Origin: Pseudomonadota bacterium
GTDB taxonomy: Bacteria > Bdellovibrionota_B > Oligoflexia > Oligoflexales > CAIMVM01
DNA length: 64,000 nucleotides
Assembly (NCBI GenBank): GCA_037142195.1
Contig: JBAXBA010000003.1
Span: forward strand, 24,104-88,103
Direction: 5' to 3'
Below, in pieces: positions 48,783 to 59,786 of this stretch. Under the pieces are notes generated by a model. It was given only the letters and a program-made list of their open reading frames with translations. It was not told the origin of the DNA and did not search any database. A program made the position numbers and the translations under genes. The first letter of the stretch is position 1. Each line of letters starts with the position of its first letter.

Positions 48783-49490
48783 ATGCTACTAGTAGGCGTT
48801 ATTTTTGCGTTGGCCAGCGTCATTGTGTTTCCCATTGCCATTCTGCGTTTTAGAAACACATCAACCAATCTCCTGTTCGTTACCTTGACTGCCCCGCTTA
48901 GCAGATTGGTGCTCGGCCTCAAGGTGGAATTTAGCGGCCTTGATTTCGCAAAAAGCCATCTTCCTGCTGTTTTCGTCATGAATCACCAAACGGCACTTGA
49001 TATCCTTTTGAATCGAGAAATCTATCCTCGTTCTTGTATTGTGGTCGTAAAACGCGCCCTAGCTTTTGTACCCTTCTTCGGATGGTTGATCTTTGCCGCT
49101 GGAAATATATTGCTTCAAAGGTCCAATAAACAACAATCCGTGGATCAAATGAATTCCGCAGATTTTGCGATCACTGTCAGAAAATCCTCAGTTTGGATAT
49201 ACCCTGAAGGAACGAGACGAGGCACAAAGGGACTAGGCGACTTTAAAAAAGGTGCCTTCTATATGGCCATCAAGAACAAGGTGCCGATCATTCCGGTGAT
49301 TGCCTCAAGCTACACCCATAAACTCAACTTCTCAAAATGGCAATCAGGCGTCGTTTTGGTCCAAGTTTTGCCACCCATTCCCACAGATGGTCTCAGATTG
49401 GAAGAGGTTGATGAGGTTTTACAAAGGTGTCACAACCTCATGAAAGATTCCATAGCAAAGCTGGATGCTCGCGTCGTACAACCAAGTTAA
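48783..49490 (+). CDS. plsC: 1-acyl-sn-glycerol-3-phosphate acyltransferase
   Basis: NHQTALD, YPEGTR, FKKGAF and VPIIPV motifs. Confidence 0.92.
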   Translation: MLLVGVIFALASVIVFPIAILRFRNTSTNLLFVTLTAPLSRLVLGLKVEFSGLDFAKSHLPAVFVMNHQTALDILLNREIYPRSCIVVVKRALAFVPFFGWLIFAAGNILLQRSNKQQSVDQMNSADFAITVRKSSVWIYPEGTRRGTKGLGDFKKGAFYMAIKNKVPIIPVIASSYTHKLNFSKWQSGVVLVQVLPPIPTDGLRLEEVDEVLQRCHNLMKDSIAKLDARVVQPS

Positions 49491-49667
49491 AAACGCATGG
49501 ACAGACTTAAACGCGCTGAGAGCCACCGCATAAAGAACTGCTCATAACATCTTTTTTGACAACGATCTGAGATACTTTGCCATTTTTCCTTTGAGCCCGC
49601 TACATTGCCAAGCGGATCATAATGTGCTTAAATTATTCTTTGGTTTCAAACTATAGGAGACCTGGAA

Positions 49668-50636
49668 TTGACCGAACTTGAGACACCCAAATTAGATATA
49701 CATTCGGCAAAACGAATTTGCGAATCCGTCGAAGCAAATGTGGGAAAGGTAATACAAGGAAAGGAACTCGAGATTAGGCGAGCACTTTCTTGCTGGATAG
49801 CAGGTGGGCATGTTCTTCTGGAAGACGTCCCAGGCACCGGGAAGACGATGCTAGCTCGAGCCTTGGCCCGTTCGGTAAATACTCACACAAAACGCATTCA
49901 GTTTACCCCTGATCTGATGCCCAATGACATCATAGGATCCTCAGTCTATCAGCGAGACAAAGGCGCCTTTCAGTTTATCCCAGGACCCATATTTACAAAC
50001 GTTTTGATGGCTGATGAATTGAATCGAGCAACTCCCAGAACCCAGTCGGCATTGCTTCAGGCCATGGCTGAGGGGCTCTGCACAGCAGAGAATCAAACTT
50101 ATACCCTGCCAAGTATCTTTTTTGTGATTGCCACTCAAAACCCTGTAGAACAGCATGGAACATTTCCTCTCCCTGAAGCTCAACTAGATCGATTTCTGAT
50201 CCGTTTGTCACTAGGTTATCCGGATTTTAATACGGAAAAGAAAATCATTGTATCTCAACTCATCAATCACCCGATAGACAGCCTTGAGCCTGTTTGCAGT
50301 GAGGCAGATTGGCGCGGAGTCCGCGAACTTATGAAAACCATCGAGGTCTCAGAGGGGATACTAAATTACGCCATGGGGCTTGTAAATGCTACACGCCAAG
50401 ACCAAAGATTGACTTTAGGATGCAGCCCCCGAGCTACTCTAGCTTTGATTCGACTTGGACAAGCCTTTGCTGTCTTGTCAGGTGAGAACTTTGTAAAACC
50501 AGACTTCATTAAGAAGCTGGCCCCTTCTGTGATGGAGCATAGGCTTATCCTTTCCCCAAAATCCAGGATGGAAAGAATTCGAGAGTCACAAATTGTCAGT
50601 GAAATTTTGGCTCGGATACCGGTTCCCATTAGTTAG
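49668..50636 (+). CDS. MoxR-family AAA+ ATPase
   Basis: GHVLLEDVPGTGKT, RIQFTPDLMP, DELNRATPRTQSALL and ATQNP.E..GTFPLPEAQLDRF motifs. Confidence 0.95.
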   Translation: MTELETPKLDIHSAKRICESVEANVGKVIQGKELEIRRALSCWIAGGHVLLEDVPGTGKTMLARALARSVNTHTKRIQFTPDLMPNDIIGSSVYQRDKGAFQFIPGPIFTNVLMADELNRATPRTQSALLQAMAEGLCTAENQTYTLPSIFFVIATQNPVEQHGTFPLPEAQLDRFLIRLSLGYPDFNTEKKIIVSQLINHPIDSLEPVCSEADWRGVRELMKTIEVSEGILNYAMGLVNATRQDQRLTLGCSPRATLALIRLGQAFAVLSGENFVKPDFIKKLAPSVMEHRLILSPKSRMERIRESQIVSEILARIPVPIS

Positions 50637-50644
50637 AACTTTTC

Positions 50645-52084
50645 ATGGGGAACTCATTCCATTTTATGACCTCAATTATAAAAAATCTTTTTGAAAAATG
50701 GCTCGTAGGCCCAAGCAAGGAGAGACCCTATTCCGCCCTCCCCTGGGAACAAGAGGAATCCTGGGCTGAAATTAAAACCTCAAAGAAGTTTCCTTTATAT
50801 GATTTTCCACTTGCCTTAGTACTGATCCTTTGTGCCGTAACCATTCTCGTTTCCTTTGCAATCAAAGCGCCACTAAGCGCTGGGGTTGCTGCGGCTATAT
50901 TTAGCCTCGGGATATTGGCTTATAAGGACAGTTGGGAGCAAAGCTGTGCCCTCACCATCGTTTCCTCAGATGCATCGATAAAAGTCCATGAGTTTGAAAA
51001 GTTTGCTATGAAACTTGTTATTAAGAATCAATCCGACCTACTGGTCAATCAAAGCTTTTTATACTTAAAATTTGAAGGATCCCTAAAGCAAAAGCAAATT
51101 GTCTCCCTTTCCAAGTTCTCTCCCTTTGAAACTAAAGCCGTTGAAATTGAACTAGAGGCAGATGCAGGAATGGGGAGCTTTTCTGTCGATAATATTAAAA
51201 TCATTACACAAGATAGGTATGGCCTTGTGCGTAGATGTGTCACCCACGAAGCTTCTACTAAAGTTGAAGTCTTTCCGGAGTTTGCCAATATGCCATCTAT
51301 CGATCTAGCAACATCGGGTAAGACGGCACACTCAGGCAGCATTGAATCTCATTTCAGCGGGGGTTCGGTGAACTATCTTGGCAGCCGTTTCTATCAGTAT
51401 GGAGACAGCATGTCGAGAATCGACTGGAAAAAGTCAGAGCGCCTCCAAACCCTTGTTACAAGAGAATTTGAGCATTTAAACTCCACCGACGCCACTATAT
51501 TTGTCGATCGGAGAGGGATTAGTTCCTTTCAATTTGGCCATATAAATTCCTTTGAACAAATAAAAGACACCATACTTACCTTAGCAAGAACCCTCATGTC
51601 TCAAAGGATTCGCGTTCGCCTCATTACAGACGAATTCGCTACGGATTTTGGCAAGGGATCTCAATTTTTAGACTATTTCATGGAATTGGTTCGCAGCATG
51701 CAGTCACATGGAGCAGAACCCTTCGATCGACTATTGACACGTTACCAAGGAGAAATTCCTGCTTATAGCGTCGTATTCCCTGTTTTTTCTACGATTAGTG
51801 TCGACATCAACCTGCTAACAGAAAATTTTCTCATGTGGGACCAAATCCATGTGGATATCATCCCTATTATATTTGACTCTACAGAATTCGAAAACAAGAT
51901 CTTAAATGCGAATCCCTTGCAAGATGAAGACCGAATTGATTTGCAGCATTTTAAAAAAATGCACTTTAAAAACAAACAAGGATCGTCGTACTCCAACATT
52001 TTCCGAAAGCTCAATAAAGCCTCTATTATATTGGGCCCCAACCAAAGCATAGGACAAGTTTACGCAGGAATGCTCAGGCGATGA
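50645..52084 (+). CDS. DUF58 domain-containing protein
   Basis: Two N-terminal TM segments, R.YQYGD...RIDWKKS and LVTREFE motifs, directly after moxR. Confidence 0.85.
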   Translation: MGNSFHFMTSIIKNLFEKWLVGPSKERPYSALPWEQEESWAEIKTSKKFPLYDFPLALVLILCAVTILVSFAIKAPLSAGVAAAIFSLGILAYKDSWEQSCALTIVSSDASIKVHEFEKFAMKLVIKNQSDLLVNQSFLYLKFEGSLKQKQIVSLSKFSPFETKAVEIELEADAGMGSFSVDNIKIITQDRYGLVRRCVTHEASTKVEVFPEFANMPSIDLATSGKTAHSGSIESHFSGGSVNYLGSRFYQYGDSMSRIDWKKSERLQTLVTREFEHLNSTDATIFVDRRGISSFQFGHINSFEQIKDTILTLARTLMSQRIRVRLITDEFATDFGKGSQFLDYFMELVRSMQSHGAEPFDRLLTRYQGEIPAYSVVFPVFSTISVDINLLTENFLMWDQIHVDIIPIIFDSTEFENKILNANPLQDEDRIDLQHFKKMHFKNKQGSSYSNIFRKLNKASIILGPNQSIGQVYAGMLRR

Positions 52085-54021
52085 AAACACAAAAAACCAA
52101 CACAAAAGCTGACTCGCCGTCCAAAAAAGAAGACTACTACTTCCTATTTATGAGCTGTCTTGCCGTTTTTCTAATCTCATTAGTTTTTATCGAATGGTCA
52201 TTTGATCTTATTCCCTTTCCCACAGTCATTTCTAGATTAGCCCTATACTCCTTAGGATTTATGGGTCAGTATGCCATTTATGGAAATCATTCTTTTCGCA
52301 GCGGAGACTACCTTAAGGCTATAGAAATTCGTGAAAAGACCGCGTTGCTGTATGGGCAGGAATTTAAATTCAAAAGCAATTGGCAAAGCACCAAGAATAC
52401 GCAGTTCATGCACTTTGGACTGGCATCTAGCTTTGCACTCCTATACATATTCGCACTCTATTTCATGTCAAAGACACCCCTCCTCATGAGCCGACTTGAG
52501 CCGACTGCAATCTTTATCGGACTAACTATAGCTGCCATCAGTCAACCTAGCAGAATTTGGATACCAGCCCTAGGTGCTATTTTTGCTCTATTCTTCAGAG
52601 GACTTCCCAAGGATGTCTCACTCTTTACAGGTTTCGTATTTTTCTTGGGCATAGCTGCTTTATTTATGCTATTTGCTATGATCCTTCGCTTCATCTACGA
52701 AAGATTTGCAAGCCATGATAGCTTCAAGATGGACAATACCATCCTTACAGCAGCAAAAATGTCGAAAGGACATCTCATTGCCCTAGGGGTGGGAGCATTT
52801 GTTTTCTATTTAAGTAGAGATTTGCCTCCTAAAAATTCAATTCAAACGAAACAAATCAGAAGTAGCTCAACAGCCCCCTCAGACAACTTCAATTCACAGC
52901 ACTCAGCAGGAGAATTTGGCGGTACTTCTGAATCCACGTCCCAGGACAATGAAAGCAACCGCCCCCCTGGAGCTAACACTGGTAGCAACGAGGACGAACC
53001 GAATATTGACAACCAAGGCAGCCCCGCAGGTCAAGAACGTCCCACAGGTCAAGGAAACTCCTCAGGGCAAGGAAACTCCTCAGGGCAAGGAAACTCCTCA
53101 GGGCAAGGAAACTCCTCAGGGCAAGGAAACTCCTCATGGCAAGGAAACTCCTCAGGTAAAGGAAACTCCTCAGGGCAAGGAAACTCCTCAGGGCAAGGAA
53201 ACTCCTCAGGACAAGGAAGCCCGTCAGGACAAGTAAGCCCGTCAGGGCAAGGAAACTCCTCAGGGCAAGGGAACTCCTCAGGGCAAGGAAACTCCTCAGG
53301 TAAAGGAAACTCCTCAGGGCAAGGGAACTCCTCAGGCAAAGGAAACTCCTCAGGCAAAGGAAGCCCGTCAGGCCAAAAAGGCGAAGGGAATCCAAGCTCA
53401 GAAAATCATGAAAATCTAGATAAGGGTCGGGATGAAGGTAGCTTAAATAAACAGGCTTTGAACTCGCAGAATCCTAGTCAACCAAAATCCTCAAAAATAG
53501 AAACACCTGTTGCCAAGAAACCGAAGGACAACAAATTTGAATTCCCAAACAAATGGATCAAAGTTCTACTATCAATAACACTCTTGGCTGCAATGATCGG
53601 TCTTTTTCTCATTCTTTCAAAGAAGAGCAACAATATCCTAAAGCGAAAATCAGAAAAGCCTCCAGAAAGAAATCCAGAAGAAGCTCAAAAATGCATAGAC
53701 ATGATTAAAGACATTGCAAAGGATATTGAAATCGATTCTGCAATAGATCCCCAGAAAATGCGTGAAAGAATTATTTCTCTCTATAGTCTATTAATTGCTG
53801 CAAATACACACCTCGGTTTTCATCGAAACATCGACATGACTCCAGACGAGTATCAAGCGCAGTTTACTAGAATTGCGCCGCAAAAAACCGATGAAATGAG
53901 GTTCGTTACAAAAGTGTACTCGCATGTCTTTTTTGGGAACCAACTACCAAATATTTCCCAGTATCAAAACTATATCCATGCTGTGCGTCATTCCGTTTTG
54001 ACATTCAAGATTCTCCCCTAA
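52081..54021 (+). CDS. Multi-TM protein with a low-complexity repeat region and DUF4129-like C-terminus
   Basis: About 7-8 TM segments, 18 hexapeptide repeats, one further TM, then a Y....G..R...MTPDEY...Y....FG DUF4129-like pattern. ATGA overlap with DUF58. Confidence 0.75.
   Translation: MKTQKTNTKADSPSKKEDYYFLFMSCLAVFLISLVFIEWSFDLIPFPTVISRLALYSLGFMGQYAIYGNHSFRSGDYLKAIEIREKTALLYGQEFKFKSNWQSTKNTQFMHFGLASSFALLYIFALYFMSKTPLLMSRLEPTAIFIGLTIAAISQPSRIWIPALGAIFALFFRGLPKDVSLFTGFVFFLGIAALFMLFAMILRFIYERFASHDSFKMDNTILTAAKMSKGHLIALGVGAFVFYLSRDLPPKNSIQTKQIRSSSTAPSDNFNSQHSAGEFGGTSESTSQDNESNRPPGANTGSNEDEPNIDNQGSPAGQERPTGQGNSSGQGNSSGQGNSSGQGNSSGQGNSSWQGNSSGKGNSSGQGNSSGQGNSSGQGSPSGQVSPSGQGNSSGQGNSSGQGNSSGKGNSSGQGNSSGKGNSSGKGSPSGQKGEGNPSSENHENLDKGRDEGSLNKQALNSQNPSQPKSSKIETPVAKKPKDNKFEFPNKWIKVLLSITLLAAMIGLFLILSKKSNNILKRKSEKPPERNPEEAQKCIDMIKDIAKDIEIDSAIDPQKMRERIISLYSLLIAANTHLGFHRNIDMTPDEYQAQFTRIAPQKTDEMRFVTKVYSHVFFGNQLPNISQYQNYIHAVRHSVLTFKILP
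53047..53370 (+). repeat. In-frame 18-bp tandem repeat x18 encoding G[Q/K]GNSS variants
   Basis: Consensus unit gggcaaggaaactcctca, counted from both DNA and protein. Confidence 0.95.
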
Positions 54022-54793
54022 ATAGTAACTGAAGTTTGATTCTGCCTTCCTGCTCCCTTTCAGGATCCTCTAGTCTTGCCCATTCCCTAATTCTCTCTGA
54101 GTCCTCTGGGTGCCAATGAATGATTTGGCAAGCGGCTAAAATATCTGATGGCAACGGACACACTAACCTACCCGTTTGTGTCAGATCTAAACTGTAAGCA
54201 TGCAGGGCTAATCGATCTTGGCCTAAGGTTTTCCAGAGTCTATTGACCTTGCTATCCCCATATTTTGAGTCTCCCACGATGGGATGAGATATTTTTACCA
54301 AATGACGGCGCAATTGATGGGTTCTCCCGGTTTTTGGCATAAGCTTCAAAAGACTCAGTCGCTGCTCTGAATAGGAGCCGAGAGGAACAGGAAGAATGCC
54401 GTTAGCAATAACCTCCACCTGCGTTGTGGCCTCTTCATAGTCACCTTTTGTTTCGTCATTTCTGATTGCGCGAAGGGGGGACTCAATAAGAAGTGGGCCT
54501 TTCACAAAGCCACGGACGAGAGCGAAATAGACTTTTTGTACATTTCTATCGCCAAATTGAGCCATAAGTTCTGCGGCAGACTTGGGATTCTTTGCAAATA
54601 GAACGACACCCGAAGTAGCTCGGTCGAGGCGATGAATGGCATAGACATGATTGCCGCCATTATAGTCTCTGACCCATTGAAGTAGAGGTTCGGAAGACCT
54701 ATCCCATTCCGATCGATGGGTAAGCCAACCTGAAGGCTTGGCTACGGCAATCCAGTCGTCAGTTTCAGAAATAATTTCCGGTTGGAGGGACAT
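54005..54793 (-). CDS. RluA-family pseudouridine synthase (TruC-like)
   Basis: KPSGWLTH, HRLDRATSG, TGRTHQLRRH and HPIVGD.KYG motifs. Confidence 0.92.
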   Translation of the reverse strand: MSLQPEIISETDDWIAVAKPSGWLTHRSEWDRSSEPLLQWVRDYNGGNHVYAIHRLDRATSGVVLFAKNPKSAAELMAQFGDRNVQKVYFALVRGFVKGPLLIESPLRAIRNDETKGDYEEATTQVEVIANGILPVPLGSYSEQRLSLLKLMPKTGRTHQLRRHLVKISHPIVGDSKYGDSKVNRLWKTLGQDRLALHAYSLDLTQTGRLVCPLPSDILAACQIIHWHPEDSERIREWARLEDPEREQEGRIKLQLLFRGES

Positions 54794-54871
54794 GAGTTTG
54801 TTCTATCTCGCGGAACCAGCAGGGTTCCCAATTCCATCTACTAAAATACCAAAACCACGAGCCTTAAGGAT

Positions 54872-55351
54872 CTACTCTTGGGTTTGGGTATACCATCCGT
54901 CAGTCATGCGACGTTCGTGAATTAAGGCCCAAGCAGCTCCCGCAAATACCTTCACTTTTTGGTTGATACCAAGAAGTTCGGGATCATCCATATCGCCTTC
55001 AGCCTTGATGACAACGTTGAGCTGATCACATTTAACACTGGCAGCTTGGATCGCTTCTCTTTGCTTTTTCGCATCCAAAAAGGAGTCAAAAAATATAATT
55101 CCGTAATTTCTTTTCTCTTTTCGTCGATGCTGAGCAAAATTCTCTTGCTTCGGCGGAGCAAGAGGATTGAGCCCGCTTCCACAGGGCCCTGAAAGTTTAA
55201 TTTTAGAAAGCGGCTTCAAGGGCGCCGGCGCAATTTGAGTATGTTTTTGCTCTGCTTGCTTACCGCCAGCCCCATTCCCTTGGCGTGGCGATTGAGGCGA
55301 TGGCTGATTGCCTTTTCTTCGATGTCTACGTTTATTCATCAATAACCTCAC
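54872..55351 (-). CDS. Hypothetical protein with basic low-complexity N-terminus
   Basis: 159-aa ORF overlapping the glyQS stop. Confidence 0.65.
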   Translation of the reverse strand: MRLLMNKRRHRRKGNQPSPQSPRQGNGAGGKQAEQKHTQIAPAPLKPLSKIKLSGPCGSGLNPLAPPKQENFAQHRRKEKRNYGIIFFDSFLDAKKQREAIQAASVKCDQLNVVIKAEGDMDDPELLGINQKVKVFAGAAWALIHERRMTDGWYTQTQE

Positions 55352-56871
55352 TTAGCTTCGGAAAGTCTATTCTCTACCAACCTGATTGCATCTTTTATAG
55401 GGACTCGAGTCTGCTCGGCGGTATCCCTATCTCGAATAGTTACCGTATCATCTACTAGGCTTTGCGGATCTATGGTTATGCAATAGGGAGTTCCTATTTC
55501 GTCATGACGGGCATATCTCTTGCCGATGGATTGAGAATCATCATAGCTCACATGAATCCCCGCCTTTCTAAAGGCAGTTGCTATTTCTTGCCCTTTTTCT
55601 GGTTGGCCATCTTTTTTGACCAAAGGAAGTATAGCTGCTTTAAAAGGTGCTAAACGAGGGTGGAGCTTTAAGACAGTGCGGACTACATCTTGCCCATCTT
55701 TATCTTTTCTTACGTCTTCAAAGTAAGCATCTAAAAGAAAGCAAAGTACGGCGCGGGTAAGTCCAGCGGCAGGCTCGATAACATAAGGAGTGTATCTCCA
55801 TCCAGGTTTACCGGTCTCTGGATCATTTTTCTGCTGGTCAAAATAGCTTAATTTTACCCCAGAATGCTCAGCATGCTTCTTTAAATCGTAATCGGTTCTA
55901 CTGGCAATGCCCTCAAGCTCGCCCCAGCCCCAAGGATAATCATACTCAACGTCATAACAGGCATCGGCATAATGAGCCATCTCATTGGCTTCATGAGGAC
56001 GAAGTCGAAACTTATCTGCAGAATTGGAATACTTCTTCCACCAGTTCATGCGCTCGTCGGTCCAGTAGTTAAGCCATTCGCGCTGAGTTCCAGGCTCGCA
56101 AAAAAACTCCATTTCCATTTGTTCAAACTCAAGACTTCTGAATATGAAGTGTTCCACCACAATTTCGTTTCTAAAGGACTTCCCTTGCTGGGCGATACCA
56201 AAGGGAACCTTCATGGATGAGGTCTGCTGTACGTTAAGAAACTGAACAAACATAGCCTGAGCAGTTTCGGGTCTTAAATAGACCGCATTGGACTCGACTT
56301 TTTCATTTAACTTCGCAGTAAACTCTTCTTTTGTGAGATTTTTTCCATAAACTTCTTCGACAAATTCTTTTAAGGGTTCAACGGCACCCATTCCGGTGCG
56401 AAACATTCCGTTAAATTGCCTTTCGTCGGAAAGTTCGGAGCTACCACAATGGGGACAAACATATCCTGACTTGCCCACAATACCCGTGAGTGACTTTCCA
56501 TTTTTTTTGCCGCCTTCGAGGAAGGAAACTTGGCTCCCTGGCTCGGCCTTAGGTGCCTTATCAGCCCGAAACCTTTCTTTGCAGTTTTTACAATCGACAA
56601 GGGGATCTGAAAAATTGGCCAAATGGCCAGAAGCTCTCCAGACATTAGGATGCATCATGATGGAGGCATCAATGCCCACAATATTGTCTCTCTCGTAGAC
56701 CATACTACGCCACCACTCTGACGCAATATTTCGCTTAAGTTCTACGCCTAAAGGGCCGTAATCATAACACGACTTTAAACCGCCATAGATTTCACTACTT
56801 TGAAATATAAAGCCCCTCCTTTTGCAAAGAGAAACCATTTTTGCCATCAGATCTGCGTTTTGGACACTCAC
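55348..56871 (-). CDS. glyQS: Glycine--tRNA ligase, homodimeric (alpha2) type
   Basis: LCKRRGFIF, YDYGPLG, YLRPETAQ, GKSFRNEI, ELEGIASR and SIGKRYARHDEIG motifs. Probable GTG start at 56871 with a ggag RBS. Confidence 0.96.
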   Translation of the reverse strand: MSVQNADLMAKMVSLCKRRGFIFQSSEIYGGLKSCYDYGPLGVELKRNIASEWWRSMVYERDNIVGIDASIMMHPNVWRASGHLANFSDPLVDCKNCKERFRADKAPKAEPGSQVSFLEGGKKNGKSLTGIVGKSGYVCPHCGSSELSDERQFNGMFRTGMGAVEPLKEFVEEVYGKNLTKEEFTAKLNEKVESNAVYLRPETAQAMFVQFLNVQQTSSMKVPFGIAQQGKSFRNEIVVEHFIFRSLEFEQMEMEFFCEPGTQREWLNYWTDERMNWWKKYSNSADKFRLRPHEANEMAHYADACYDVEYDYPWGWGELEGIASRTDYDLKKHAEHSGVKLSYFDQQKNDPETGKPGWRYTPYVIEPAAGLTRAVLCFLLDAYFEDVRKDKDGQDVVRTVLKLHPRLAPFKAAILPLVKKDGQPEKGQEIATAFRKAGIHVSYDDSQSIGKRYARHDEIGTPYCITIDPQSLVDDTVTIRDRDTAEQTRVPIKDAIRLVENRLSEAK

Positions 56872-57330
56872 GCGACGCTCCATAAAGAGTAAAGAAGCGT
56901 TGAGAGTACATTGATTTTTAAGAGCTTTCAATGAAACTAAACCCAAACCCCTCACAACTCTAAAAGCGCGGCACCTCCCAGTGCCATTCTTTTAGGCAAC
57001 TTTTTAAGCATCTCTTTATTAAACAACTCAGACTCCTAATCAAAAAACCTTGTTCGTCAGACCTTAATCTCGGCCGCTACTTGAAGCTTACGCAAACTTG
57101 CACATCACAGGTGAGGCACAGGCTCATAAGATTTCAGCCGGAGGGGAACCTAAAATCCTGACGGGATCTCGCTAAAACCAGGAAGGACTGGAATTTTAAT
57201 TTCTGATAGGTTTATGCATATCTAAAAGAGATAACAAATAATTGCCAAATACCAGCCAATGCTCTAACATCAATGGTCTATACGCCCTGGAACCACCGGG
57301 TGCGAAAATTGCAACGCCTTGGAGCTCTAC

Positions 57331-58689
57331 ATGACTATGAAGAAGACCAATTTAAAAAGTGCCAAAGTTCAGAAAGCTGCTAAATTTACATTTAGCGACT
57401 ATAAAGTTGCGACTATGTCAAAAGAATCCATCGATTGGGGACGAAAAGAAATTGAAATTGCAGAAAACGAAATGCCAGGTCTTATGTCAATTCGTAAGCT
57501 GTACGGGCCTAAAAAACCATTAAAAGGCGCCCGCATCGCCGGTTGCTTGCACATGACCATCCAAACGGCAGTGCTCATCGAGACACTTATTGAGCTTGGA
57601 GCCGAAGTAAGATGGTCCAGCTGTAATATTTTTTCCACTCAAGACCATGCGGCATCTGCAATAGCAGCGGCTGGAGTTCCGGTATTCGCTTGGAAAGGAG
57701 AAACTGAGGAAGAATATGAGTGGTGCGTGGAACAAACCATTATGTTTGGCGACAAGCCCTTAAATATGATTCTTGATGACGGTGGTGATTTAACAACACT
57801 CGTACATCAAAAATACCCCAAAATCTTGAAGGGCATCGTGGGAATTTCTGAAGAAACCACCACCGGTGTTCACAGACTTTACCAAATGCTAGAAGCTGGA
57901 AAACTGAAAATTCCTGCCTTCAATGTCAATGATTCGGTAACGAAGTCTAAATTTGACAACCTTTATGGCTGTCGAGAATCTCTCGCGGACGGCATCAAAC
58001 GAGCAACTGACGTCATGGTTGCAGGTAAGGTCGTTGTGGTTGCCGGTTACGGAGATGTTGGTAAAGGCAGCGCTCACTCCATGAAGAGCTTAGGAGCAAG
58101 GGTTATAATCACTGAAATCGACCCTATCTGCGCCCTACAAGCTGCTATGGAAGGCTATCAAGTTCTTACTATGGAAGAAGCGGTACCAATGGCAGACATT
58201 ATCGTCACAGCTACAGGTTGTGTTGATGTTGTCACTAGAAAACATATGGATATGATGAAGAACGAAGTCATTCTTTGCAACATTGGTCACTTCGACAATG
58301 AAATCAGAATTGCCGACTTAGTGAACGATAAGAAAGTAAAAGAAGTCAACATTAAGCCCCAAGTGGATCGCTTTATTCTTCCCAACAAGAAGAGCGTGAT
58401 TATTTTGGCACGAGGACGCCTCGTAAATCTTGGATGCGCCACTGGTCACCCAAGTTTTGTAATGTCCAATAGCTTTTGCAACCAAGTTTTGGCGCAAATT
58501 GAACTTTGGACGAGCAAAGAAAAATATGCTGTTGGAGTATACACTCTTCCTAAGAAGCTTGATGAAATGGTTGCAAGACTCCATTTGGAAAAGCTCGGCG
58601 TTAAACTTACTAAGCTTACAAAGTCCCAATCTAAGTACATGGGCCTATCAGAAGAAGGCCCCTTCAAGCCTGATCATTACCGCTACTAG
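57331..58689 (+). CDS. ahcY: Adenosylhomocysteinase
   Basis: [42 protein letters not shown] and [14 protein letters not shown] motifs. Confidence 0.98.
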   Translation: MTMKKTNLKSAKVQKAAKFTFSDYKVATMSKESIDWGRKEIEIAENEMPGLMSIRKLYGPKKPLKGARIAGCLHMTIQTAVLIETLIELGAEVRWSSCNIFSTQDHAASAIAAAGVPVFAWKGETEEEYEWCVEQTIMFGDKPLNMILDDGGDLTTLVHQKYPKILKGIVGISEETTTGVHRLYQMLEAGKLKIPAFNVNDSVTKSKFDNLYGCRESLADGIKRATDVMVAGKVVVVAGYGDVGKGSAHSMKSLGARVIITEIDPICALQAAMEGYQVLTMEEAVPMADIIVTATGCVDVVTRKHMDMMKNEVILCNIGHFDNEIRIADLVNDKKVKEVNIKPQVDRFILPNKKSVIILARGRLVNLGCATGHPSFVMSNSFCNQVLAQIELWTSKEKYAVGVYTLPKKLDEMVARLHLEKLGVKLTKLTKSQSKYMGLSEEGPFKPDHYRY

Positions 58690-58703
58690 TTTTTAAAATT
58701 AAG

Positions 58704-58748
58704 AAAAACCCCTAGCTTTGAAACCAATTCAACCGCTAGGGGTTTTTT
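58704..58748. terminator. Bidirectional intrinsic terminator after ahcY
   Basis: Inverted repeat aaaaacccctagc ... gctaggggttttt. Confidence 0.75.
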
Positions 58749-58904
58749 ACATCATTTGGGATCTCTATTGAGGCTTATTCTCTTGATCCGAAGTTTCAAA
58801 TTCATCTCTCAAGTAGCTATAGGTAAGGAACTTTATAGAAACACCTTCAAGTTTCCAGCAACTGCATTACATCCAAGAATTCCATGAGTCCTAGGGGATG
58901 CCAT

Positions 58905-59483
58905 CTATTTGGAAGTAGAGTCTTGTTTATACTGAAAACATTCAGATTGCCCTACCACCGAAACCTCACAACTTTGGTCATCAAAATTCTTTACACTGGG
59001 CTCGTTGACATTCCCTCTTTTATCCAATCCCCCACCGAGTTCAGAAACCTTGACTTGCTTTTCCAGGAGTGTCTTAAATTCTTGAACTTGATCCCACTCT
59101 AAACCTGTACTTTCAAGGTCAGCCGTTGGGAAATCTTCTTTACTTTCTTCAGCAACTTCCCGCGAAGGTTCAACTTCCGCTTCTACATATTTCAAAACTC
59201 GACTTCTATTGCCAATGGAAATCTTCACGGTTCTGAGAGCAGAATTTTCCACTAGAACTCCGTCGAGGGTTCCACCGGATACAAGCTGAAAGGTGGTCTT
59301 CTCGGCTATATTTTTTAAAACAATAACCGAGGAACCCTTATCAACAGCATCATTAATGACACCAACGACTCTATACTCCGCTTTAACGGCATCTAGCTTC
59401 ACATCACTTGGAAAAGGCAACATCGGGCCTTGACCAAATGCGAATTTACTCAAAAAAACAAACATCAATGCAAATCTTAACAT
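58905..59483 (-). CDS. Hypothetical secreted protein
   Basis: Signal peptide ending AFG and a strong aggagg RBS. Confidence 0.7.
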   Translation of the reverse strand: MLRFALMFVFLSKFAFGQGPMLPFPSDVKLDAVKAEYRVVGVINDAVDKGSSVIVLKNIAEKTTFQLVSGGTLDGVLVENSALRTVKISIGNRSRVLKYVEAEVEPSREVAEESKEDFPTADLESTGLEWDQVQEFKTLLEKQVKVSELGGGLDKRGNVNEPSVKNFDDQSCEVSVVGQSECFQYKQDSTSK

Positions 59484-59504
59484 AGGAATTATCCTCCTTT
59501 TACA

Positions 59505-59531
59505 ACATCGGAGGAGCCTAGAGACTTCTTA
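59505..59531 (-). promoter_or_regulatory. Sigma28 (FliA)-type promoter
   Basis: The minus strand reads TAAG-N15-TCCGATGT about 20 bp upstream of the ATG. Confidence 0.55.
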
Positions 59532-59786
59532 AATCCGCAGCTTGGCCTTCTGACAAATAGCGCAAAGGAACCAATGAATATAAGCGGGTTACATAAACGG
59601 CAATTAGAATCTCTTAGACGGTACGTCTCTAGGTTTCAGCTGAAGCCTTAGGCGATGTCTTGCCTTTTTGACGGAAAATGGCCACACATGGAATACCCAA
59701 AGGCCTGTGAATCCGCCTTGAAGTCAGCAACAACAAGCTTTGCGAGGACACCATTCTAAAAAATGAAATGCAAATTGATTTTGCTT

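Noticed and set aside
52916..53395. Alternative-frame repeat ORFs (QGKETP, LRSFLA, PEEFPC)
   Set aside because: They are by-products of the stop-free 18-bp repeat inside the 52081-54021 CDS.
57000..57330. SAH riboswitch upstream of ahcY
   Set aside because: The conserved GAGGAGCG...CAGGCUC...CGCUC pattern could not be assembled by eye. An Rfam scan would settle it.
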